A DNA stretch of 64,000 nucleotides from Candidatus Altiarchaeales archaeon (GCA_014727915.1 WJMO01000011.1:21466-85465), one strand, 5' to 3'. Counted from the first letter of the stretch, positions 46,147-55,279 are shown. The notes: generated by a model not told the origin, from the sequence alone. Program-made: numbers and translations.

Positions 46147-47136
46147 ATGGACTCGAAGCCCCCAGGATGCTTGGATGTACGGTATGCGGTTGCGGTGGCC
46201 GTGCTCGGTTTTCTGCTGGCATACGCATCCATATCGACTCCCGTCGAGGCAGCAGGGTCTTCTGTAGTGCTTACAGTGGGCATCCTGGATACCAGGCCTA
46301 ACGTCACAGACATCCAATGCTGTTTCAAGGACTCCGACTCCAGCACATGGGGCGACTGCGGGATAAACCATGAGTATTCCATGACCGGCGGCGAGTCCTA
46401 TGACCTGATGTGCAACTTCACGGTATTCGACGGTAATGGCTGGCAGGACATGATAGACGGGTGGGTGAACGTCACCTGGCACCACTCCTCGGTGGGCTGG
46501 GATTCCCCCCCAACGCTCGACACATCCTACGTCAACCAGTCCTGCAGGAACGTCACAGGCTCTGAGGGCGGCACTGACGTGGTTTGGGAGTGCCAGATCC
46601 AGCGGATACGGTATTGGGCTGACGCGGGAGAGTGGAATCTTGTCGTCAACCTCTCGGACGGGGAGAACATAGGGAACCCGGGCCTGGGAACGGTCACATT
46701 GGAGAATGTTACCTCCATATGGCAGTCTTCAGCCATAAACTTCGGGGCCATGCAGCCGGGGGCGACAGGCTCCCAGTACCAGTCAGGCACCGTCAACGTG
46801 AACGCCACCACCAACAACACGGGCAACACAGCCCTAGACCTTCAGGTGGACGGGGTCGCATCGACGGTAGACTGCACCATAGGGTCAATACCCATCGGAA
46901 ATGTCGAATATGACGTATTAAAGGGCAGATCCATGGATCTGGCATGCGGTCAGCTTACGTCCTCCGGGGAATGGGATGTGGACTGCGATAACGTTGCTCT
47001 GGAGGACTGCTCAGGGACCTGCCCGAACACGGAGAAGATAACATATACTTACTGGGGTATCACAATACCCGGCAGCGGGATAGGGGGCGTATGCTCAAGG
47101 ACTATAATATTCTCGGCAGTGCAGGCTTATCCTTAA
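46147..47136 (+). CDS. Secreted Cys-rich two-domain putative fibre subunit A
   Basis: Probable start ATG 46147; signal peptide ending VEA; D.NGWQD, N.SC, IRYWA..G.W, INFG, NNTGN..LD, C.IGSI, YWGI.IP..G.GG.C, terminal Pro. Confidence 0.72.
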   Translation: MDSKPPGCLDVRYAVAVAVLGFLLAYASISTPVEAAGSSVVLTVGILDTRPNVTDIQCCFKDSDSSTWGDCGINHEYSMTGGESYDLMCNFTVFDGNGWQDMIDGWVNVTWHHSSVGWDSPPTLDTSYVNQSCRNVTGSEGGTDVVWECQIQRIRYWADAGEWNLVVNLSDGENIGNPGLGTVTLENVTSIWQSSAINFGAMQPGATGSQYQSGTVNVNATTNNTGNTALDLQVDGVASTVDCTIGSIPIGNVEYDVLKGRSMDLACGQLTSSGEWDVDCDNVALEDCSGTCPNTEKITYTYWGITIPGSGIGGVCSRTIIFSAVQAYP

Positions 47137-47246
47137 TAGTATCCTACCTGCCATTTTTATACTGGACAAACCAATAGTTAAACAATATCATCAATGGCCT
47201 GAATTATCATGTTTTTGGTTCGATGTGGTGAGTTGGATAAATCTAA

Positions 47247-48239
47247 ATGGTGTTAGATATGGCGAAAGACGGAAGATCTAAGGTTGTGGTTTTGGCGTTT
47301 GTTGTTGGATTATGTGCTGTTGCTATCCTGATCGGCTCTGAAGTGAAGGAAGTGGATGCCGTGTCAGTCACATACCAGGTTTCAGTGTCAGGGGCCCGGC
47401 CCAGCATAAGCGCTGTCAGGTGCTGCTTCAAGGAGTCTGACGTAGGCGCATGGGCTGACGGCGACTGCCACACAACCGGGGAATCATATACGCCCCCCTC
47501 TGCCGAATACTATGATGTGATGTGCAATTTCACGGTTTCTGACAGCAACGGCTGGCAGGACATGACAGACGGATGGGTCAACGCAACCTGGCACCACACG
47601 AATGTCAACTGGGACACTGACTGGGACTTCGACACATCATACGGCAATGGGTCATGCAAGAACGTCACAGACCTTAAGGGCGGCGAGGACATAGTCTTCG
47701 AATGCCAGTTCCAGAACATCCGGTACTGGGCCAACGGCGGAGGATGGAAGCTGCTGGTCAACTCATCGGACGGGTCAGACCTGGGAACGCCCTCGTCGAC
47801 GAGCTTCACCGTAACCAACTCGACCTCCATATGGCAGACGGCCACCATCGACTTCGGGTCCATGGCGGTCGGAGAGACCGGTTCCGCGGGGAACACCGGG
47901 AACGCTGACGTGGATGCGAAGACCAACAACACGGGCAACACGGTCATAGACCTGGAGGTGAACGCCGGTGCGGCGACGATGGACTGCACCATCAACAGCA
48001 TAGGAGTGCGGAACATATCCTATGACGAGACGGACGACACGGCAATCGGAAGCGCCTGCGGGACACTGGAGGAGGCTGCAGACTGGGACTGTGCCGCAAT
48101 CAACCTAAACGACTGCGAGGACGGATGCGCGGGCGCAACGGCATTGGACTACACCTACTGGGGGATAAGGATACCCTCGGGTGTAGGTGGCTCGTGCACG
48201 CTCTCGGTGACGTTTACGGGGACGCAAGCAACACCCTAA
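47247..48239 (+). CDS. Secreted Cys-rich two-domain putative fibre subunit B
   Basis: Signal peptide ending VDA; clear paralog of 46147-47136 with the same motifs; ends GGSCTLSVTFTGTQATP. Confidence 0.75.
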   Translation: MVLDMAKDGRSKVVVLAFVVGLCAVAILIGSEVKEVDAVSVTYQVSVSGARPSISAVRCCFKESDVGAWADGDCHTTGESYTPPSAEYYDVMCNFTVSDSNGWQDMTDGWVNATWHHTNVNWDTDWDFDTSYGNGSCKNVTDLKGGEDIVFECQFQNIRYWANGGGWKLLVNSSDGSDLGTPSSTSFTVTNSTSIWQTATIDFGSMAVGETGSAGNTGNADVDAKTNNTGNTVIDLEVNAGAATMDCTINSIGVRNISYDETDDTAIGSACGTLEEAADWDCAAINLNDCEDGCAGATALDYTYWGIRIPSGVGGSCTLSVTFTGTQATP

Positions 48240-48252
48240 ATAGGAGGATAAA

Positions 48253-49479
48253 ATGAAAGAGAAGATAACACTAACGGTCTTGGTGGCGGCTGTATTCATG
48301 GTATTGGCAGGGACAGCATCAGCGGTGACCATAGGCGCAGGACCATCTACCATAGACTTCGGGAAGATGGTGAAGGGGGGCTACGCAGAGAGGGTCATAA
48401 CCGTGAGCACCAGCGGCGACGAAGACCTCACCTGCACCATCGAGCTCACGGGAGACATCGCAGACTGGATGAGCACAGACCAGGGGGACGTTTTCGAGCT
48501 TCCCGCAGACAGCAGGCAGAAGGTGCTGGCCATGGTGGAGCCGCCTGAAGACTCCGAGAACGGCAGATACAGCGGAGCCATATACATAAAGGCCGCGCCA
48601 ACCAGCGAACTGTCGGGTGGGACGGGCCTAATAGTCGGAGCCGGGGTCAAGATAAAGGTGGGCCTTGAGATAACGGACGAGGAGACCGTCTCCTACAAGC
48701 TGTCGGGCGCGTCCGTGTCGGACACCGAGATCGGATACCCGATAAAGTTCACGGCTAACGTCATGAACAACGGTAACGTGGAGGCCAAACCCCAGATAGA
48801 CATAAGGATAATGGACCAGGCAGGCGCTGAGGTGAAGACACACACCCAGGCCGGGTCGGATATACTCCCCACGGTAACCGAGGACGTAGTCGTTGAAGTC
48901 CCGTCGGACGACCTACAGGAAGGCTTCTACCGGGCCAAGGTCATGGTAGGCGATGAAGAGCAGGAGGTGAAGTTCAACATACTACAGCCGGGCACCCTCG
49001 CGGTGAAGGGAGTGCTCAAGTCCCTCTCAGTGAACAAGATGTGGGTAGAGGCCGGGGAGTCGGTGAAGATAGCCGCTGAAGTGGAGAACACCGGCAAGGT
49101 ACTGATAGAGAATGCCAAGTTGACAGCTGAAGTTTACATGATAGACGATAGATACGAGACGGAGAACCTCGTGAAGCCCGTTGAGGGCGCTGAGACATTG
49201 GACGTCCCAGTGGGGCAGACGGTCGAATTGGTGGCGTACTTCACGCCTCCGAAGGCCGGTAGGTACAAGATATACGGGGCTGTCTCATACGAGGACAAGA
49301 AGACCAAGCCCAAGTCGACCATATTGAACGTCCTGCAGGCGCCGAAGGACTACACACTCTACATAGTGGGTGCTGTGGTCGTCGTGCTTGTGGCGCTGTT
49401 CTGGCTGACTAGGCGCGGTGAAGACGGTAGGACACGCAGGTTCAAGAGGATCTGGGGCGACTACCTGCAGATTAAATAG
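48253..49479 (+). CDS. Membrane-anchored triple Ig-like protein, paralog 3
   Basis: AGGAGG RBS; ASA-VTIGAGPSTIDFGKMVKGGYAE nearly identical to paralog 2; C-terminal TM + RR. Confidence 0.75.
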   Translation: MKEKITLTVLVAAVFMVLAGTASAVTIGAGPSTIDFGKMVKGGYAERVITVSTSGDEDLTCTIELTGDIADWMSTDQGDVFELPADSRQKVLAMVEPPEDSENGRYSGAIYIKAAPTSELSGGTGLIVGAGVKIKVGLEITDEETVSYKLSGASVSDTEIGYPIKFTANVMNNGNVEAKPQIDIRIMDQAGAEVKTHTQAGSDILPTVTEDVVVEVPSDDLQEGFYRAKVMVGDEEQEVKFNILQPGTLAVKGVLKSLSVNKMWVEAGESVKIAAEVENTGKVLIENAKLTAEVYMIDDRYETENLVKPVEGAETLDVPVGQTVELVAYFTPPKAGRYKIYGAVSYEDKKTKPKSTILNVLQAPKDYTLYIVGAVVVVLVALFWLTRRGEDGRTRRFKRIWGDYLQIK

Positions 49480-49492
49480 GGGGTTGAGAAAA

Positions 49493-50215
49493 ATGGCAGA
49501 ATTGATAAATACCGGGATACCTGGCGTGGACGAGATGTGCGGAGGGGGAATCCCCGAGTCTGCGGTCGTGATCGTGTCGGGCTCCCCCGGGATTGGTAAG
49601 AGCAACTTTGCAATGCAATACCTCTACAACGGGGTTGAGAAATACAACGAGCCGGGCATATACCTCACGGTTGAGGACGTGCCAGAGAAGGTCAGGGCCT
49701 ATGCCGCAGCGTTCGGCTGGGACCTGGAGAAATACGAGAAGGAGAACAAGCTTGCGATAGTGGCTCAACCCATATTCGGAGAGGAAGAGGAAAAGAAAGG
49801 CAAGAAGAAGGAAGACGCGGGAGAGACCCTTGGAGAGGCGATAGAGCGTATCGGCGCCAAGAGGATAGTGTTGGACTCCGTTACCCTGTTCAAGTACCTG
49901 TTCAAGGATGACATGTCCCGGAGGGTTAACCTGCTGAACTTCATAAAGCAGGTGAAGGACTCCGGCTGCACCACCATGATGGTTGCCGAGCAGCACGAGA
50001 GCACCGGGGACATCACCTACCTGGACGAGCACTTCCTCGCAGACGGCCTCATACTGCTCTTCTGGAGCAGGCACAAGGAGAAGAACGAGCGTTGCTTCAG
50101 GGTCGTCAAGCTCAGAGGCCAGAAGATAAACCCTGACATCAGGCCCATGGAGATAACCGAAAAGGGCATAATGGTCTACCCGACCCAGGTGCCGTTGTCC
50201 CTGGCTGAGAAGTAA
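49493..50215 (+). CDS. KaiC/RAD55-like single-domain ATPase
   Basis: Start ATG 49493; TGIPGVDEM.GGGIP, Walker A GSPGIGKS, Walker B IVLDS, ADG.I.L, R...VVKLRG. Confidence 0.9.
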   Translation: MAELINTGIPGVDEMCGGGIPESAVVIVSGSPGIGKSNFAMQYLYNGVEKYNEPGIYLTVEDVPEKVRAYAAAFGWDLEKYEKENKLAIVAQPIFGEEEEKKGKKKEDAGETLGEAIERIGAKRIVLDSVTLFKYLFKDDMSRRVNLLNFIKQVKDSGCTTMMVAEQHESTGDITYLDEHFLADGLILLFWSRHKEKNERCFRVVKLRGQKINPDIRPMEITEKGIMVYPTQVPLSLAEK

Positions 50216-50282
50216 AATCCTGCTTCTCACCACTTTTTCTACTTATTTCATCTTTTAATCGAGGATACATATTATCATTGTA

Positions 50283-50879
50283 ATGCCCGATACCGAAGAA
50301 AAATCGGATATAGACCTTATACCGACCGCAGACATTGCCCTCAAGAGCGAGAGTCAGATCATAGTCCTGGTGATGCCGGAGGAAGAATACATCGAGCGCC
50401 TTATGACCGTTGTCAGTGACCTGTCAACCCTAGACCATGGTAAGATATGCTATGTCTCACTAAACAGGCCATATGAGTCTTTGAAGAGGATACTCGACAG
50501 GGTCGGCATCGACTCTAGCAACTTCTTCTTCATAGATGCGATAACAAAGACCGCTAAGATACCTGACAAGAGCGATAACTGCGAGTACATATCCTCTCCC
50601 GGGGCGCTGACCGAATTGAGCGTTGCCATCTCCAACTCTATGGAGCACAGGGACTTCAAGTTCATAGTGTTCGATTCGCTGTCAACGCTCCTGGTGTACG
50701 AGTCAGACACTACGATAGCCAAGTTCGTGCATTTCCTGATGGCGAAGGTCCGGGTCGCTGAATGCAGCGCAGTGTTCACCTGCCTGAAGCAGGATGCCAG
50801 CTCAATACTGGTGAAGGACATCAACATGTTCGCTGACAAGGTGATAGACTTAGAGAGGTGGAATATCAGGAAGGGTTGA
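50283..50879 (+). CDS. Degenerate KaiC/RecA-fold protein (no Walker A)
   Basis: YVSLNRPY, FFIDAIT, SP..LTEL, IVFDSLSTLL.Y, F.DKVI. Confidence 0.75.
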   Translation: MPDTEEKSDIDLIPTADIALKSESQIIVLVMPEEEYIERLMTVVSDLSTLDHGKICYVSLNRPYESLKRILDRVGIDSSNFFFIDAITKTAKIPDKSDNCEYISSPGALTELSVAISNSMEHRDFKFIVFDSLSTLLVYESDTTIAKFVHFLMAKVRVAECSAVFTCLKQDASSILVKDINMFADKVIDLERWNIRKG

Positions 50880-50882
50880 AAG

Positions 50883-51500
50883 ATGGGATCAGACAGTATC
50901 ACAGAGGCTTGCGGGAGGCTTGATTCACTGGACAGCCTGCTCATAACCTCTGACATAGGGCGTATACATGACAGCATAGTCCAGGTCTCACAGAATCTCC
51001 TGTCAAAGGGATGGTATGGCATATACTTGAGCCTGAACCGTCCTCACCGGACCATACAGGCTCTCTTGGAGGATAGGGGCCTGGATGTGGAGAGGATGTA
51101 CTTCATAGACTGTGTCACTGCTCTCGCCAGGGAGGCATATTCGCCTGCAGGCATTGGGCCAATGGAGCAGGGCCTGGCTGCTGCAGCACCGGCAGCACCC
51201 ACCACCACTCTGGATAGGGTCATATATGCGTCCGGACCTTATGACCTCTCAGATGAAGGGACTGTGCCAGCAGCTGTTAACAGGTTCGTCAACTCGATAC
51301 CTCATGAAAAGTTCATAATAGTAGACACGATGCGCACGCTGTTCATCTATAACACACCCGACATAGCGTCCTCTTTCCTCCATAACCTGCTTGAACTCAC
51401 GAATACTCATGATCTGAAGGTCGTGGCATTGACACGGAAGGGTGATGAGGTCTTCCAGGGCTTGGTCTCAAAGGCTTTCGACGAGATCCTGGAGATTTGA
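50883..51500 (+). CDS. Second degenerate KaiC/RecA-fold protein
   Basis: YLSLNRPH, YFIDCVT, GP.DL, IIVDTMRTL.IYN, FDEIL; paralog of the upstream gene. Confidence 0.72.
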   Translation: MGSDSITEACGRLDSLDSLLITSDIGRIHDSIVQVSQNLLSKGWYGIYLSLNRPHRTIQALLEDRGLDVERMYFIDCVTALAREAYSPAGIGPMEQGLAAAAPAAPTTTLDRVIYASGPYDLSDEGTVPAAVNRFVNSIPHEKFIIVDTMRTLFIYNTPDIASSFLHNLLELTNTHDLKVVALTRKGDEVFQGLVSKAFDEILEI

Positions 51501-51620
51501 AAACCAGTTCATTCCTCCTTATTCTCCCTTAAAAGCCTCATTTTCGTTTTTTCCATCTCACTCTCCCCAATCATCCCCCTGTCTTTCCTCACATTTTTTT
51601 GTGAGGATTTTTTCCCCACA
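51501..51620 (+). terminator. Pyrimidine-rich putative terminator region
   Basis: Long T/C-rich tract with several T runs directly after the last gene of the locus. Confidence 0.4.
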
Positions 51621-51764
51621 CAATTAGTATATAAAAATAGATATTTTTTAATAATTATTTTATATTTTAATAATTAAAAAATAACTATTAAAATAGTTAT
51701 ATTTTATTATCTAATTATGGCGAAAAAAAAATTTACATGAAGCCGGAACAAATAACGAATTTTT

Positions 51765-51983
51765 TTATCCCTTGTATCTTGAACGGCATTTCTGGTGCAT
51801 CTTCCGTTCGTTCACAACGACGAGATCGTCATCGATAGGGCCTCTGCAGACGGCACATTTGGGATCTAAAACGGCATTTAAAGCCTCAATGCAGGTTGGC
51901 TTATCGTATGTTGTCGCAGTACCCTTCTGGATGGCCTCAAGGACCTTTTTAAGCCTTTCTATGTCCTTTTCCGTTAGTTCCAT
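51765..51983 (-). CDS. Small zinc-finger protein (LIM-like C-x2-C-x16-H-x2-C)
   Basis: CAVC-RGPIDDDLVVVNERKM-HQKC; coding-like composition inside AT-rich DNA. Confidence 0.7.
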   Translation of the reverse strand: MELTEKDIERLKKVLEAIQKGTATTYDKPTCIEALNAVLDPKCAVCRGPIDDDLVVVNERKMHQKCRSRYKG

Positions 51984-52359
51984 GGTATTCTATGGTAATT
52001 CTGGCTTAAATTTGTGTCCTGGGATATATCCACTAGAGTGTATGCTTTGAGTCTGTGGCTTTTGTCCTGCTTCCACGCTTCAGACCCTCCTATTGTATAT
52101 CAATATGGTGTGGAGTAATCTATGTTGATGGTGGGGGCATGGGTAAATGACATAGATAGGGCAATTTCGAACCACTTGAAACGCAGTATTTTGGATATAT
52201 TCGGTCTATATGTACATATTTTTGCAGATTTGGCATATATTGAAAACGTCCACCCCCATATACTCTCAATATGTTAACTCGACCATATACTTTGACCTAT
52301 CAAATCGGTATATTCTGGTCTTTTGGGGTAGTCCTGGGAGTGCATTTTATCTGATATGG

Positions 52360-52860
52360 CTGATTTTTAATAATATAATAAATATTTAGATATTATAATA
52401 ATATTCCTATTATTATATTAAATATGTTATGCTCCTCCAATAATCGGTTCTAGGCTTTTAATTCGTGCATATTTCACAGGTAAAAATATTTAAATATGCA
52501 TATATGTTTTTTAGAAAATGCAAATGAAAATAAAATCTGGTTTTGATTCTAGAAAAGTATAAAATATCTTGAAAATAATTAAAATAATTATGAAAATCAT
52601 TCAAATAATTTATATCATCGAGATTTTAAGCTTTCAGGGACCAGAGCTGGGTTACTTTAACGAAAAAAAATTTTACAAAATTCGAAGAACTTTTGCGAAA
52701 TAATTTTTTTCAGAATGAAATATATTGTGTAAAATATATTGTATAAAATTTATATAATTAAATTATGAAAAAATAATATATCTATCAAAATATATATATT
52801 AAATTTATATTTTTTTTGGTAAAAATTTTTTTCGGTGAAATATCTCACACAAAAAAATGT
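52360..52860. other. Extremely AT-rich non-coding region with inverted 16-mers (origin-like or regulatory)
   Basis: CG(A)n(T)mAC 16-mers at 52661-52676 (+) and 52819-52834 (-), with a third copy at 51721-51736. Confidence 0.45.
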
Positions 52861-52865
52861 GAGAG

Positions 52866-53795
52866 TTATTTCTGGCCTGTGGGTCGGGGGCGGGAGGCGA
52901 GATATTCCCCTGCGACCGCCTGACCATAGAAATACAGGTCCATGTTCTTCTGGGCAGTCTCCTCATGGAGCCGCCTTACAAGCTCATCCTGCCTATGCCC
53001 TGGAAGCCTCTCGCTGAGGAACTCCACCATGGGCTTCACAATCTGATAATCCCCGGATACATCCATGTTAAAAACCGGATCACGCCTCTCCTCAGGCGTG
53101 AAATAAACTGGTGCAAGATGCCGGAAGGCGATGCACAGCTTCTCAACTCCATGGGAGTACTCATCATACTCGAATTCATGCTCGGAATCCAATACCCTCC
53201 TCAAAAGCTTCCCATATGTGAGCTTTTCCCCTCCCCGAGAACTCTTGACATAGGAGCTCTCATGTGTGTCACGTATCCCCGCCTCTACCAATCCCAGGTC
53301 ATACAGCCCAAGCGGGTCCGGCACCACCTCAGTACGGCTCCTAACGGAGGCTACATGGGCTTTCCTGCCGAGGATGGACTCGATACGGCCTATAGTCCGA
53401 CCCTTGAACACATTGTCGACTATGTAGACCTCCTCCCCCGGTCTAACCCTTGAATTGATCTGTGACCTAAGACTATCCATCTTCACAGCCTCCATCGAGT
53501 CAGAGGCAAATGGGGTGGCCAACATCGTGGTTCTAGCGTTCGGAGCGATAATGCTCAACGCACCCCTCATGAAAAGCCCGATATTGCCCATGCCCTCCAA
53601 TGGGAATATGAAATGCATGTTACTCCCATCTCCCCCTTTGAGCCAGTTCTCGTCAATCCTCCTCAAGGCCTCCACAAGATCTGCATCGGCTCTGCCGAGC
53701 GCTCTGTTCACGTCAGAAGGCTCAAGACCTGAGAGCTCCCTATACTCCTCCACACTCCCCGGCCCTGGCTTGCCCTTCCACGTGGTGCTGACCAT
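52866..53795 (-). CDS. Hypothetical protein with PRTase-like motif
   Basis: EVYIVDNVFKGRT resembles a PRPP-binding loop. Confidence 0.55.
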   Translation of the reverse strand: MVSTTWKGKPGPGSVEEYRELSGLEPSDVNRALGRADADLVEALRRIDENWLKGGDGSNMHFIFPLEGMGNIGLFMRGALSIIAPNARTTMLATPFASDSMEAVKMDSLRSQINSRVRPGEEVYIVDNVFKGRTIGRIESILGRKAHVASVRSRTEVVPDPLGLYDLGLVEAGIRDTHESSYVKSSRGGEKLTYGKLLRRVLDSEHEFEYDEYSHGVEKLCIAFRHLAPVYFTPEERRDPVFNMDVSGDYQIVKPMVEFLSERLPGHRQDELVRRLHEETAQKNMDLYFYGQAVAGEYLASRPRPTGQK

Positions 53796-53830
53796 GGTTA
53801 AATTTAGGCTTTAATAGCTAATAGTCATTG

Positions 53831-54859
53831 ATGGACGGGAGGTCAGCACGATTGCTCGAGTTCCTGCAGAGGTACGCGGGCACGTCAGCTCATCTGCTGT
53901 TGAAGAACCAGCTCCAGAAGGCGGCCATCCAAGACGTCAACGACGCCTCCGACATCGAGCTGATGAACCTCACAGAGTCCATCGTGAGGGATATCCTACG
54001 CCCCATCCTCAGCAGGGGGAGGCTGCGTCTCGCCAGGTCCGAGCTCATGGGAGTACTGGGACTTAAGCCAGCATATGCGGGGATACCCCAGGAGATAGAT
54101 GGTGTGAGAGTCCTGCCCGAGAAGATACTGGAGATGACCGAAGACCACTACAACAGCGCCACCGAATTCGTCCTAAAGCAGGAGATGAACAGGTACAACA
54201 TCCCAGACCTGATGGAAACCGACTCGCCGACAAGGATAAGGCTCATAGAAGCCTTCGTCGACTACCATTTCGGCCCCACTGGAAAGGCCATAATAGACCG
54301 GAGGATAGAGGAACTGAGGCTTAAGGACATAGAGAACGCGCCGCAGTACAACAAGTTAATGCTGATGGAGTTCATACTCCAGGACATGCTCCTATTCTAC
54401 ATAAAGCCCCTGAAGGGCAAGCTGCTCAGGTCCGAGCTGGTGTCACTGATCGGCGTCGACCTGGAGCTAGCCCAAGGGCCAGTCCCTGAACAGGAAAGGG
54501 CGCAGAGGCAGGTCCAGACGGCAAGGGAGAACCTGACGATTCGCAGGTCCAACGCCAAGAGGAACGAGGTCGTGGACCTCCTCGTCTTCCTGGCCAAACG
54601 GGAGTTCAGCAGGAACGGCATACTCGATGTTAAAAATGTGCCTTTGAACGTTAGGGTCAGGATACTCGCTGCGGTGATGGTCATGATGTTCGGGAACATG
54701 ACCAAATACGTGCTCTCAAGGCTGGAGACGAAAGACGAGAGGATGCTCTCGAAGTTCCTGGTACTGTACGTGAAGAACTACCTTAAGCAGTTCATGCTCG
54801 CCGAAGACGCTGAAAAGGTCAAAGAGCACATGAGATCGCTCTTCCAGCTGCCCGAATGA
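53831..54859 (+). CDS. Hypothetical all-helical internal-repeat protein
   Basis: Repeated G..(A/G)...L......I.D....; RSEL..(V/L)(L/I)G occurs twice. Confidence 0.65.
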   Translation: MDGRSARLLEFLQRYAGTSAHLLLKNQLQKAAIQDVNDASDIELMNLTESIVRDILRPILSRGRLRLARSELMGVLGLKPAYAGIPQEIDGVRVLPEKILEMTEDHYNSATEFVLKQEMNRYNIPDLMETDSPTRIRLIEAFVDYHFGPTGKAIIDRRIEELRLKDIENAPQYNKLMLMEFILQDMLLFYIKPLKGKLLRSELVSLIGVDLELAQGPVPEQERAQRQVQTARENLTIRRSNAKRNEVVDLLVFLAKREFSRNGILDVKNVPLNVRVRILAAVMVMMFGNMTKYVLSRLETKDERMLSKFLVLYVKNYLKQFMLAEDAEKVKEHMRSLFQLPE

Positions 54860-54874
54860 GAACAGCAGAAGAGC

Positions 54875-55279
54875 TCATGGCATCTTCTCGGCCAGGAGCC
54901 TAATCACAGGCTCCGCAACCAGCAGGTCATATGATGTGACTATCCCCACGGTCTTGCCCTTGTCCACGGCCACAAGCTTCTTTATGCGCTTGTCGCGCAT
55001 GAGCCTGGCAGCAGCCTCTATCTCGGACTCGGCGTGTATCGTATGGACTGGCGCCGACATCAACTCCGGCGCCCGCACCTTCTTCGGGTCCAGGGAGGCG
55101 GACACGACCTTCTCCACAAGGTCGTGTTGTGTGACGATGCCCAAGATCCTCCCCTCATCTAGTATCACCACGGAGGAGATGAAGTTCTCCCGCATCTGTG
55201 TGGCCAGCTGCTGGGCCGTAGACTCAGCGGAACCGAATATTATCCTCCTGGTCATCACGTCAGAAACCTTTATCCCCAT
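54875..55279 (-). CDS. CBS-domain pair protein
   Basis: Start ATG 55279; KVSDVMT, GIVTQHDL, LMSAPV, I.KL.....GIVT..DLL. Confidence 0.9.
   Translation of the reverse strand: MGIKVSDVMTRRIIFGSAESTAQQLATQMRENFISSVVILDEGRILGIVTQHDLVEKVVSASLDPKKVRAPELMSAPVHTIHAESEIEAAARLMRDKRIKKLVAVDKGKTVGIVTSYDLLVAEPVIRLLAEKMP

Noticed and set aside
49493-50215. Circadian KaiC clock
   Set aside because: Single-domain protein with no kaiA/kaiB nearby; it fits the general archaeal KaiC/RAD55-like family.
52190-52217. TTTGGATATAT-TCGGTC-TATATGTACAT, reminiscent of an archaeal dif site
   Set aside because: The right arm is a poor inverted match, the resemblance rests on memory, and such words are expected by chance in AT-rich DNA.
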